64,000 bases of DNA from Fastidiosipila sp. (GTDB taxonomy: Bacteria > Bacillota > Clostridia > Saccharofermentanales > DTU023). Made by a program: the position numbers and the translations under genes. Under the pieces are notes generated by a model. The model did not search any database. It was not told where the DNA came from and was given only the letters and a program-made list of their open reading frames with translations. Below are positions 1-7,841 of this stretch, one piece after another. The stretch spans positions 894-64,893 of the forward strand of contig DUQI01000113.1 in assembly GCA_012837885.1 (NCBI GenBank), in the 5' to 3' direction. The first letter of the stretch is position 1. The number at the start of each line of letters is the position of its first letter.

Positions 1-505
1 GATCATCACCTTTTCATTCGAGCTAATCGGACTGTCAACCGTGTTGATTTTTATCTTTGTGATAGCGCTTGCTGTCATCAATCGACGCCTCAGTACACCA
101 ATAGAAGTCGGTGAGAAGATCAATGCGGCGGCCTTTGGAATCTATAACGGCTGGCTCATTATTGCGACGGTCGTCAATGTGGCTGCCTTTCTCGTTCAGA
201 TCAAATGGGATCGCTTTGGCGTCGCGGAAAGTACATGGACGTTAATCACGTTGATCGCGGCATTCGTGATTACCTTATTGATCCAACTTCGTTTGAGAAA
301 CGCCGTGCTAACCTTGCCTCTGGCCTGGGCATACTTCGGTATCTGGCAGGAGCATCAGCCGAGCGGAAAATTTCTCGGTCAATATCCGTCTGTCGCTCTG
401 ACGGCCATTATCATCGCCTGCCTGTTTGTCGTGGTGGCTATCTTAGTCTTCTTTATGAATGGCCGCTGCGTCTTGCCGAAGAAAATGGAAAGCGTCGAAA
501 GGTAG
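1..505 (+). CDS. integral membrane protein, 5'-truncated by the window edge (weak TspO/MBR-like impression only)
   Basis: The frame of ORF 41..505 stays open back to nt 2, so the gene starts upstream of the window. The translation is a series of hydrophobic helices (IATVVNVAAFLV, LITLIAAFVITLLI, ALTAIIIACLFVVVAILVFF). Confidence 0.55.
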   Translation, partial: IITFSFELIGLSTVLIFIFVIALAVINRRLSTPIEVGEKINAAAFGIYNGWLIIATVVNVAAFLVQIKWDRFGVAESTWTLITLIAAFVITLLIQLRLRNAVLTLPLAWAYFGIWQEHQPSGKFLGQYPSVALTAIIIACLFVVVAILVFFMNGRCVLPKKMESVER

Positions 506-605
506 GCGCTCGCGGTAGGCTTCGCGTCACATATGCGCTGTCCGTTATGGTCATCACTGGTCAAGTGCTACACTTCAGGTGAATGAATTTTTCTGGAGGC
601 TTTTC

Positions 606-1001
606 ATGGAAATCAAGTCAGTGACGAGAGTCGGTGAAGGGAAGACCTCGGTCATCGAGATTAACGGCTATAAGATTATTACGGAACCGGGTGTGGCGGC
701 AGGCGGCAGTGGACAGTATCCACCGGCGACGACGTTGATCATCGCGGCGCTGGTCAATTGCATGTTCGCGAACGTCAAAGCGTATGTCGCAGCACAGAAT
801 CTACCGCTCGACGATCTGGTCATGGAGTTTAACGGCAATCTGACCGATGACGGCATTTATGACAAGATGGAACTTCTGATCACCTTGCCGGGCGGTTTCC
901 CGGAAGAGAGGAAGGATCGTTTGGGCAGAGTCATCGATAAGTGCGGTGTCAAGAAGATCGCGCAGAATCTGCCGGAGATCACCTGGTCGCTCAAAGAATA
1001 A
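606..1001 (+). CDS. OsmC/Ohr-family peroxiredoxin-like protein
   Basis: ATG at 606 lies 7 nt after GGAGG (594-598). Both family cysteines are present in the expected contexts (AALVNCMF and IDKCGV). The ORF-track start at 579 is probably too far upstream. Confidence 0.75.
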   Translation: MEIKSVTRVGEGKTSVIEINGYKIITEPGVAAGGSGQYPPATTLIIAALVNCMFANVKAYVAAQNLPLDDLVMEFNGNLTDDGIYDKMELLITLPGGFPEERKDRLGRVIDKCGVKKIAQNLPEITWSLKE

Positions 1002-1076
1002 CGGCACTTTTCGGTCTTTTTCTCGAAAACTGTCATCTCGCTGAAACATTGGGAAGCGGGGAGCTTATGCTATGAT

Positions 1077-1814
1077 GTGCCTATGGTTTTGAGTCTCTTC
1101 CTGGCCTTGCTTGCCGTGGCGGTTCTATACTTGATGGGCACGATTCCTCCCGTCGCTGCAGGCGCGGCGTTGCTCGTGATCGTCGTCTGTCTCGCCTTGC
1201 TGTTTGCCGGGCGGATTATTCACGTATCCTATTTGACGAGAAGAGCGAAAGAACTGCGGGCGAAATGGGCGGGAGCTCTGACCCTTATCTTCGGCTTGCC
1301 GACGTTGATCGATCAGAAGTTTTATCTTTTTATCTCTCGCCGTGATGAGCTTTTAATCGAGAACAAAGAGTACAAACTGCTTTTGCCTCTCAATACGATT
1401 CACTCGATCTTGATCATTAATGCCGGTGCATTACTCCACATGGGGGACGCTGAGATCGCCGAACGGTTGCATTTTGACGAAAAACCGCGTCTGAACTTGA
1501 CGCGGGAATGGGTTAAACGGCATCCTGATTCCGGCAATCAGAAGCTCGTCCTGTTTTGGGTGCAGCCGGAGATGAAGCAGATGCATAATCTGGGCGAAAT
1601 CTTAGTCTTTGCCGATGAGAAAGCATTGGGCGATCTGACGGCGCTCTTAGGACGACCGGAAGTTGCTTTGAAGACAACCGTCATCGATGAGAAAGTATCA
1701 AAGGTGTCGGACCTGATAGCGGGCAAGAGCCCGAAGACGATTACTGAAGGACACACGGAGCCGTTTTTGAGCAGTGCGCTCGAAGAGGCCACCAAAAAGG
1801 AAGAAAACGTATGA
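1077..1814 (+). CDS. hypothetical membrane protein (two N-terminal TM helices plus a soluble domain), first gene of the MoxR module
   Basis: N-terminus VLSLFLALLAVAVLYLMG / AAGAALLVIVVCLALLFAG, followed by about 190 aa with no motif I recognise. Its stop overlaps the MoxR start (ATGA at 1811-1814). Start is uncertain (GTG 1077 or ATG 1083). Confidence 0.6.
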   Translation: MPMVLSLFLALLAVAVLYLMGTIPPVAAGAALLVIVVCLALLFAGRIIHVSYLTRRAKELRAKWAGALTLIFGLPTLIDQKFYLFISRRDELLIENKEYKLLLPLNTIHSILIINAGALLHMGDAEIAERLHFDEKPRLNLTREWVKRHPDSGNQKLVLFWVQPEMKQMHNLGEILVFADEKALGDLTALLGRPEVALKTTVIDEKVSKVSDLIAGKSPKTITEGHTEPFLSSALEEATKKEENV

Positions 1815-2761
1815 CTATAGACCCTAAACAGGCCGGCCAGCTCAGCCGGTTGATCGAAGATAATATCGGCCGTGTGATGGTCGGTAAACGCTCGGCGATT
1901 CACCGCCTGATGATTGCACTCGCCTCGAGCGGACATGTGCTCTTGGAAGACGTGCCGGGCATCGGCAAGACGACGCTTGTTTCGGCGCTCGCTAAGTCCT
2001 TGTCGCTCTCGTTCAACCGTATCCAGTTTACGCCCGACGTCATGCCGTCCGATGTCACGGGATTCAATCTCTACAACCCGGGAAGCGGTAAGTTTGAGTT
2101 TCAACCGGGCGTGATCATGACGCAGCTTCTGTTGGCCGACGAGATCAACCGTACGTCGCCGAAGACGCAGTCGGCGTTGCTCGAAGCGATGCAGGAAAAC
2201 CAGGTGACGGTCGATGGTACGACGTACGAGATCCCGCAGCCGTTCATGGTGCTCGCGACCCAAAACCCGATCGAGCATGTCGGAACGTATACGCTGCCTG
2301 AAGCACAGCTCGACCGCTTTATGCTGAAAGTGACGCTCGGCTATCCGAACTACGATGAAGAGATGGAAATTCTCAATCGCTTCTCGGAAGATAAACCGCT
2401 CGCGACATTGAAACCTGTCGCCTCGGCGAACGATGTCTTGTGGCTGCGTGAACAGGCCAAGCTCGTCTATGTAAGCGATGCAATCAAGCAGTATATCGTC
2501 GGTCTGTCGAGAGTGACGCGTGAACATCAGGATCTGGAACTCGGTATCAGTCCACGCGCTTCGTTGATGTTGATGCAGGCGGCGAAAGCCGCAGCACTCC
2601 TGGATGGTCGAGACTACGTCATTCCGGACGACGTCAAAGCGATGATCGTGCCGACCCTGGCACACCGCCTGATTATCAAGCCGGAAGGACGTCTGCGTGA
2701 GACGTCGGCCGAAAGCATCCTGAATCGTATCGTCAAGAGCATTCCGGTCGCAACGCGCTAA
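1811..2761 (+). CDS. MoxR-family AAA+ ATPase
   Basis: Walker A in the typical MoxR context GHVLLEDVPGIGKTTLVSALA. Walker B LLADEINRTSPKTQSALLEAMQE. Length about 316 aa. Confidence 0.92.
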   Translation: MTIDPKQAGQLSRLIEDNIGRVMVGKRSAIHRLMIALASSGHVLLEDVPGIGKTTLVSALAKSLSLSFNRIQFTPDVMPSDVTGFNLYNPGSGKFEFQPGVIMTQLLLADEINRTSPKTQSALLEAMQENQVTVDGTTYEIPQPFMVLATQNPIEHVGTYTLPEAQLDRFMLKVTLGYPNYDEEMEILNRFSEDKPLATLKPVASANDVLWLREQAKLVYVSDAIKQYIVGLSRVTREHQDLELGISPRASLMLMQAAKAAALLDGRDYVIPDDVKAMIVPTLAHRLIIKPEGRLRETSAESILNRIVKSIPVATR

Positions 2762-3993
2762 TGACCCGCCGCCTCACATTTATCATCCTGCTGCTCTTAC
2801 TCTTTTGGGTGGGAGCGAGCTATTTGCAGTTTTCGGTCTTCCGCCTTTTGATGATCGCTTTGATTTTACTGGTGGCGGCCAGCTTCGTGCACCTGATGAT
2901 CGCCAAGAAGAGGGTTAGAATTCTCTCTCCGACGTCGCCGAATGAGGTGACGCGCGGTCAGATGCTGAACGTCGTCTTTCCGATCGAAGTACGGCTTTGG
3001 CTCGTCCCGATCCAGATCATGATCAAGGCCTGGTACGGACTGAATGAATCGGTCGAGCGTCCGATGAAGAGGCAATTGCAGGTGACAGCCGGTCCCAAAG
3101 AGACGAAAACATTAATTATGCAGGTCGAAGGACGACACTGCGGCCGGGTCGAAATGGACGACATTCAGATTCGCCTCAGAGATACCTTCAATCTGTTTTA
3201 TGCCCGTCTACCGGGTGCCAAGGCGCGTTTTTCCCATGAAGCACTCGTGTTGCCGCGTTTTGAAGTCGAACATCTGATCGAAGAGTGGGCCAAAGAACTC
3301 CTCGATGAAGGGGAGAAGGCGAGACAGCGTGTCGAAGAACGTACCGAGGAGATCGATACGATTCGTCATTACCGTCCCGGCGACACGATGAAATCGATTC
3401 ACTGGAAGCTTTCTTCGAGACAAAATAAATTCATCGTAAAACAGTACGAGATGCCGAAAGAGATCCGTTTTTGTCTGATGACCGATCCGGCACTGCCTTT
3501 CGACCAACATAACGATCTTTTGGCGAGAGATCGTTTGCTCGATCAAAGAGACTACATGCTGGAGACGATGGCCGGTGCCGTCTTCTATCTTTTGACGCAC
3601 GGCATGCATGCCACCTTGATCACCTTCTTTCCCGACAAGATGCTGCAAAAGTCGATGCAGGTCGAGCATCTGAGGCATTTCAGACGCCAGCTCGCCCTCG
3701 TGCCGACCGAAAGCACGATCAGTCTGGAAGACCAGTTGCTGCAAGAGGGACGTTCCGACTATTACGACTATTATCTGCTGCAGACGACAAGACTTTCCGA
3801 AGGCACATTGACGCGCATCCAAGAGTTGATGCGTGAAGCGAGAGGTATCTTGCTCTTATATCACTACGCCGGCACGATCGAGCGCGAGACGAACGATAAA
3901 CTGCGTTCTTTGATCAACGCCGGGGTGCATGTAAAGACGCTCGAGTTTCCGATCTCCGTGGAAAGAGAGGTAGCATTCGATGAAGTCGACTGA
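2761..3993 (+). CDS. DUF58-domain protein (MoxR partner) with N-terminal TM helices
   Basis: DUF58 signature IRHYRPGDTMKSIHWKLSSRQNKFIVKQYE. Its start shares 1 nt with the MoxR stop (TAATG at 2759-2763). Confidence 0.85.
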   Translation: MTRRLTFIILLLLLFWVGASYLQFSVFRLLMIALILLVAASFVHLMIAKKRVRILSPTSPNEVTRGQMLNVVFPIEVRLWLVPIQIMIKAWYGLNESVERPMKRQLQVTAGPKETKTLIMQVEGRHCGRVEMDDIQIRLRDTFNLFYARLPGAKARFSHEALVLPRFEVEHLIEEWAKELLDEGEKARQRVEERTEEIDTIRHYRPGDTMKSIHWKLSSRQNKFIVKQYEMPKEIRFCLMTDPALPFDQHNDLLARDRLLDQRDYMLETMAGAVFYLLTHGMHATLITFFPDKMLQKSMQVEHLRHFRRQLALVPTESTISLEDQLLQEGRSDYYDYYLLQTTRLSEGTLTRIQELMREARGILLLYHYAGTIERETNDKLRSLINAGVHVKTLEFPISVEREVAFDEVD

Positions 3994-6436
3994 TCGCTTC
4001 ACACCGCCTCTCTTTAGACTATATCAGGCGTCGACCAACAAAGTTTTTACGCCGGATGACTTAAGAGCGGCCGAAACACGCGGTAAATGGATTCAACTGT
4101 TCTATGACGTGCTCACCGCCTTTATCTATTCGCTGGCGTTAACAGCGCTCTCACTCACCTTGTCTGATCTTTCGATGAACTGGCCGCGTCAGTTGCTCGT
4201 ACAGGCAGGCGTCTTCTTGCTGATCAATCTGATCAGGCCGATAGCCAAATGGGTGATGGCCGGCCTATCGATACTCGTCATCATCGGGTTCATATACCTC
4301 TATTTCGCCGACAAATCTGAAACATTATGGAGGACGTATCTGCTGCCCGCTTATGAGTATTTCTACAATATCGGTAGCTTCCTCTCCGGCTATGAGGTAG
4401 AAAACGCCACGCCCGGTACGTATGCGTTGTTGCTCGGTGCCGGCATCGCCTTTTTGTCCGTCATCTTCGGTCAGCTGTCTTTTCATCCCTGGATCATGCT
4501 TATCAGTGCCGGCGCCGTATTCGGCGTCGCGATGAAGGATCCGACGCTCTACCAGCTCGTCTTCTTCCTGATCGCGATCTTTGCCGTGTTCATGCGTCTT
4601 TCTAAAAAGCGCGATTTTGCGACGGTGCAGCAGCGCGCCGTCGTGCGGCGTGCCTCGATCGCGAGCAACCGCTATGTCAAGACGGCGGTGCCGATCGTCT
4701 TGGTATTGATGGCATTTATCCTCTTATTCAACACGCTTTTACCGGAAGACGTCTTCTACAGCAAGACACTGGACGACATGGTCAGCCGTCTGACCGGATA
4801 CAGCTTCAATGAAGATAAATCGATCGGCTACTACGAGTTCTCTTTGAGAAACTCCGGCTACTACCCGCTCGATACGCGCCTCGGCGGCCCGGTCAGTCCG
4901 TCCAATGAGCCTTATATCGAAGTGACCTCCGGTCAGCATTCGATGTACCTGAGGGGTGCTGTCTACAGCACCTATACCGGCCAGTTGTGGCGCCAGGACA
5001 CGATGGATCCGAACTGGATGTTTAACCATCAAAGAAACCGCGATGTACAGCGCGATATCCTGGGCATGCCGTTGAATGCGACAGTGACAGAAGAGTCGAA
5101 GGTGCTCGAACCGTCGCCGCGAATGCCTATGACGATCGTGCCATTAAAAGAGCAACAGGTCGTGTTTTCGGCCGGACGCGTCGACAATCTGACCTATGCC
5201 GGCTTGAACGAAGAGATGTACGCCTACTTCAACATCGCCGGTACGATGTACTCGGATCAGGTGATTCCGGATAGCGGTTATATCGCCGACGGCGAGCAGT
5301 TCCGCCTCGATCTCATTCAGCGGGGCGACGTGCTCACTGCCTTGAGTCAAGGCTTTGCCGGTAATGAAGTACCGCGCATCAACCGTGACGGCGATGCGTC
5401 CCGTTGGCTCCAATTGCCTGCGATACAAAATCTCCAGGCGACGGTGGCTGCACACGATCAGACGCTCCATGATCTCGTCTACGCTCAGCCAAATCTGAGT
5501 CAGACGGCACGTGTGCTGGCGATCAGGGAAAGGATCGCCGAGACGTTCAGCTACAACCTCGAGGTACCGGCACCTGAAGCTAACCGCGAGTTTGTCACCT
5601 GGTTCTTCGAGACCAAGGAAGGTTACTGTACGTACTTTGCGACGACCTACGCCGTACTGTTACGTGAAGCTGGCATCCCGGCGCGATACGTCGAAGGCTT
5701 CTTGGTCCCGGCGATGCCGGGCGGCGGTAGCCGTATCGTTTCCGGCGAGCAGGCGCATGCCTGGACCGAGGTCTGGTTCCCCGGTATGGGCTGGATACCG
5801 TTCGATGCGACGCCGCAGGGCACGCTCGATGAGATGACGCAGGAAGATGAAATTCCGGAAGAACCGGAACCTGATTTCGAAGAGCCGGAACCGGAACCAA
5901 CGCCCGAGCCGACTCCTGAACCTGAACAGCCCGACCCGCCGCCGACTGAAGAAGATGAGCCCCAACGAAGCTTCTGGCAGACCCTCCTTCTGGTCCTTTG
6001 GACAATCCTCAAATGGTTGTTATTCCTGTCGCCCCTGATCGCCTACCTCGTGTGGCGCTACATCGTCTGGAAGCGTCGCCACGATATCCCGTATCTCGTG
6101 AAGCGGTTTAAAGGCGATGAGGATAAGCTGGTCATCGCCGTGTGGGAAGACCTGCGCTCGATCTGGGAGCTGCGTGGCATCAAGGCGATGGAAGACGAGA
6201 CCGTACGTCAGTTCTTCCAGCGACTGCTTCGCTCGAAAAAACTCGATCTGGATCCAAGCCTGACGACGTATGAAGCCGTCGAAAAAGCGCTCTACAGCGA
6301 GCATCCGTTCGACAACCGCGAACTGGTCGATCTACTTGTCTTGTACAGGAGGGAAGAGATGTCTGCGAAGGAAGAGCTGCCGCTTCACACCTGGCTCTTC
6401 AAACGTTACCTCTGGTCACCGAAGCATCCGCTCTAA
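3980..6436 (+). CDS. TgpA-like polytopic membrane transglutaminase-domain protein with a DUF4129-like C-terminus
   Basis: Multiple N-terminal TM helices. Transglutaminase-core triad context KEGYCTYFATTYAVLLREAGIPARYVEGF ... GEQAHAWTEVWFPGMGWIPFDATP. Then an acidic P/E linker, a further TM helix and a helical tail. It overlaps the DUF58 gene by 14 nt. Confidence 0.88.
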   Translation: MKSTDRFTPPLFRLYQASTNKVFTPDDLRAAETRGKWIQLFYDVLTAFIYSLALTALSLTLSDLSMNWPRQLLVQAGVFLLINLIRPIAKWVMAGLSILVIIGFIYLYFADKSETLWRTYLLPAYEYFYNIGSFLSGYEVENATPGTYALLLGAGIAFLSVIFGQLSFHPWIMLISAGAVFGVAMKDPTLYQLVFFLIAIFAVFMRLSKKRDFATVQQRAVVRRASIASNRYVKTAVPIVLVLMAFILLFNTLLPEDVFYSKTLDDMVSRLTGYSFNEDKSIGYYEFSLRNSGYYPLDTRLGGPVSPSNEPYIEVTSGQHSMYLRGAVYSTYTGQLWRQDTMDPNWMFNHQRNRDVQRDILGMPLNATVTEESKVLEPSPRMPMTIVPLKEQQVVFSAGRVDNLTYAGLNEEMYAYFNIAGTMYSDQVIPDSGYIADGEQFRLDLIQRGDVLTALSQGFAGNEVPRINRDGDASRWLQLPAIQNLQATVAAHDQTLHDLVYAQPNLSQTARVLAIRERIAETFSYNLEVPAPEANREFVTWFFETKEGYCTYFATTYAVLLREAGIPARYVEGFLVPAMPGGGSRIVSGEQAHAWTEVWFPGMGWIPFDATPQGTLDEMTQEDEIPEEPEPDFEEPEPEPTPEPTPEPEQPDPPPTEEDEPQRSFWQTLLLVLWTILKWLLFLSPLIAYLVWRYIVWKRRHDIPYLVKRFKGDEDKLVIAVWEDLRSIWELRGIKAMEDETVRQFFQRLLRSKKLDLDPSLTTYEAVEKALYSEHPFDNRELVDLLVLYRREEMSAKEELPLHTWLFKRYLWSPKHPL
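5838..5963 (+). repeat. low-complexity Pro/Glu-rich coding linker inside the TgpA-like gene
   Basis: Encodes QEDEIPEEPEPDFEEPEPEPTPEPTPEPEQPDPPPTEEDEPQ, with reiterated gaaccggaa / ccngagcc units at the DNA level. Confidence 0.7.
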
Positions 6437-6464
6437 ACGAGACCTCTGTGATACTATTTTAAGC

Positions 6465-7841
6465 ATGGATTCAAAAGCGATAGAAGTCGCCAAAACATAC
6501 TTCATACAGACGTTTGGCTGTCAGCAAAACGAAAACGACAGTGAGATTTTGGCCGGTCATCTGGAACAGATCGGATATCTTCCGTGCGAGTCGCCGGAAG
6601 AAGCCGATGTCGTGTTGCTCAATACGTGCAGCATCAGAGAAAACGCCGACGACCGCTTTTTCGGACACCTCGGTCGGCTCAAACCGTTGAAACAAAAAAA
6701 GCCGCATATGTTCATCGGTGTCGGCGGCTGCATCCTGATGCAACCGCAAAATCAGGAGAAGATTCTCTCTTCTTTTCCCTACGTCGACTTAATCTTCGGA
6801 ACGGCCGATCTCGGTCGTTTCCCCGATCTTTTCTTTAAAGCCGCGGATCAGAGACGGACGCATCTCGGTGTCGGTCCGGCCGAGGGCGTATTCAGCGATC
6901 TGCCGATGGTTAGAAAAAAGGCGCACCGCGCGCTCGTCTCGATCATGTACGGCTGCAACAACTTCTGCACCTACTGCATCGTGCCGTATACGAGAGGTAG
7001 AGAGCGAAGCCGGCCAAAGGCCGATATCTTACGAGAAGTCGAACGCGCGGCTGAAAACGGCTATAAGGAAGTAATGCTGCTCGGCCAAAACGTCAATGCC
7101 TACGGCAAAGACATGGACTATCGAGACGGTGATTTTGCGTCTTTGTTGGCCGAAGCGTCGGAGATTCCCGGCTTGTTCGTCGTCCGCTTTATGACGAGTC
7201 ATCCGAAGGACGTCTCCGATCGTCTAATTAAAGTGATCGGCGAAAAAGAAAAGGTCGAACCGCATTTTCATCTGCCGCTGCAGTCGGGCTCGGATCGTGT
7301 GTTAAGGGAGATGAACCGACGTTATACGAGTGCCGAGTACCTGAAGATCGTGGAAAAGCTGAGAAAGGTAAGACCGGAGATCGCCTTGACGACCGATATC
7401 ATCGTCGGCTTTCCGGGCGAGACGGAAGATGACTTCCAAAAGACGCTTGAACTCGTGGAGAAGGCACGCTTCGATGCGGCGTTCACCTTTATCTATAGTG
7501 CGCGTGAAGGCACGCCGGCGGCCGAAAGAGACGATCAGATCGAGCGCGAGATCATCAATGATCGCTATCGACGTCTGACCGATCTGCAGTATGCGCTGTC
7601 GCTTGAATCGAATGAACGCCAGATCGGCAAAACAGTCGATGTGTTAATAACGGGGCGAAGTGAGACCAATGCTGAGGTCATGTCAGGTCGTACGGCGGAT
7701 AACCGCCTTGTACATATCCCGTTGCCTGAGTTGTCACAATCACCTGACAACGCGGAAGAATACTATACGAACCGAGTCGTTTCTGCCGAGATCGTGGCGG
7801 CAGGATCGTTTGCGCTCGAAGGTCGGTTAATCACACTATGA
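6465..7841 (+). CDS. miaB: tRNA-i6A37 methylthiotransferase MiaB (radical SAM)
   Basis: MDSKAIEVAKTYFIQTFGCQQNENDSE (UPF0004 N-domain), the radical-SAM motif CNNFCTYCIVPYTRG, and a TRAM-like C-terminus. The ATG at 6465 lies after the upstream stop at 6436; the ORF-track start at 6270 overlaps the previous gene. Confidence 0.92.
   Translation: MDSKAIEVAKTYFIQTFGCQQNENDSEILAGHLEQIGYLPCESPEEADVVLLNTCSIRENADDRFFGHLGRLKPLKQKKPHMFIGVGGCILMQPQNQEKILSSFPYVDLIFGTADLGRFPDLFFKAADQRRTHLGVGPAEGVFSDLPMVRKKAHRALVSIMYGCNNFCTYCIVPYTRGRERSRPKADILREVERAAENGYKEVMLLGQNVNAYGKDMDYRDGDFASLLAEASEIPGLFVVRFMTSHPKDVSDRLIKVIGEKEKVEPHFHLPLQSGSDRVLREMNRRYTSAEYLKIVEKLRKVRPEIALTTDIIVGFPGETEDDFQKTLELVEKARFDAAFTFIYSAREGTPAAERDDQIEREIINDRYRRLTDLQYALSLESNERQIGKTVDVLITGRSETNAEVMSGRTADNRLVHIPLPELSQSPDNAEEYYTNRVVSAEIVAAGSFALEGRLITL

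Noticed and set aside
1538-2665. A 375-aa minus-strand ORF antisense to the MoxR gene, plus similar long antisense or out-of-frame ORFs (16906-17508, 23724-24206, 25653-26309, 54984-55877, 58511-59290, 61151-61939).
   Set aside because: Each lies entirely within a confidently identified conserved gene on the other strand or frame. Their translations are Arg/Ser/Pro/His-rich low-complexity strings with no motifs and no RBS. This is the typical stop-codon-poor shadow frame seen in moderately GC-rich coding DNA.
5511-6038. A cluster of overlapping ORFs on both strands over the P/E-rich region, which looked like a possible small-gene nest or repeat array.
   Set aside because: They are frame shadows of the GAA/CCG-rich linker inside the TgpA-like gene, which reads through continuously in its own frame with flanking conserved domains.
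6270-6464. An N-terminal 65-aa extension of miaB in the ORF track, overlapping the end of the transglutaminase gene.
   Set aside because: The extension is basic low-complexity sequence with no MiaB homology. The conserved MiaB N-terminus begins at the ATG at 6465, just after the upstream stop.
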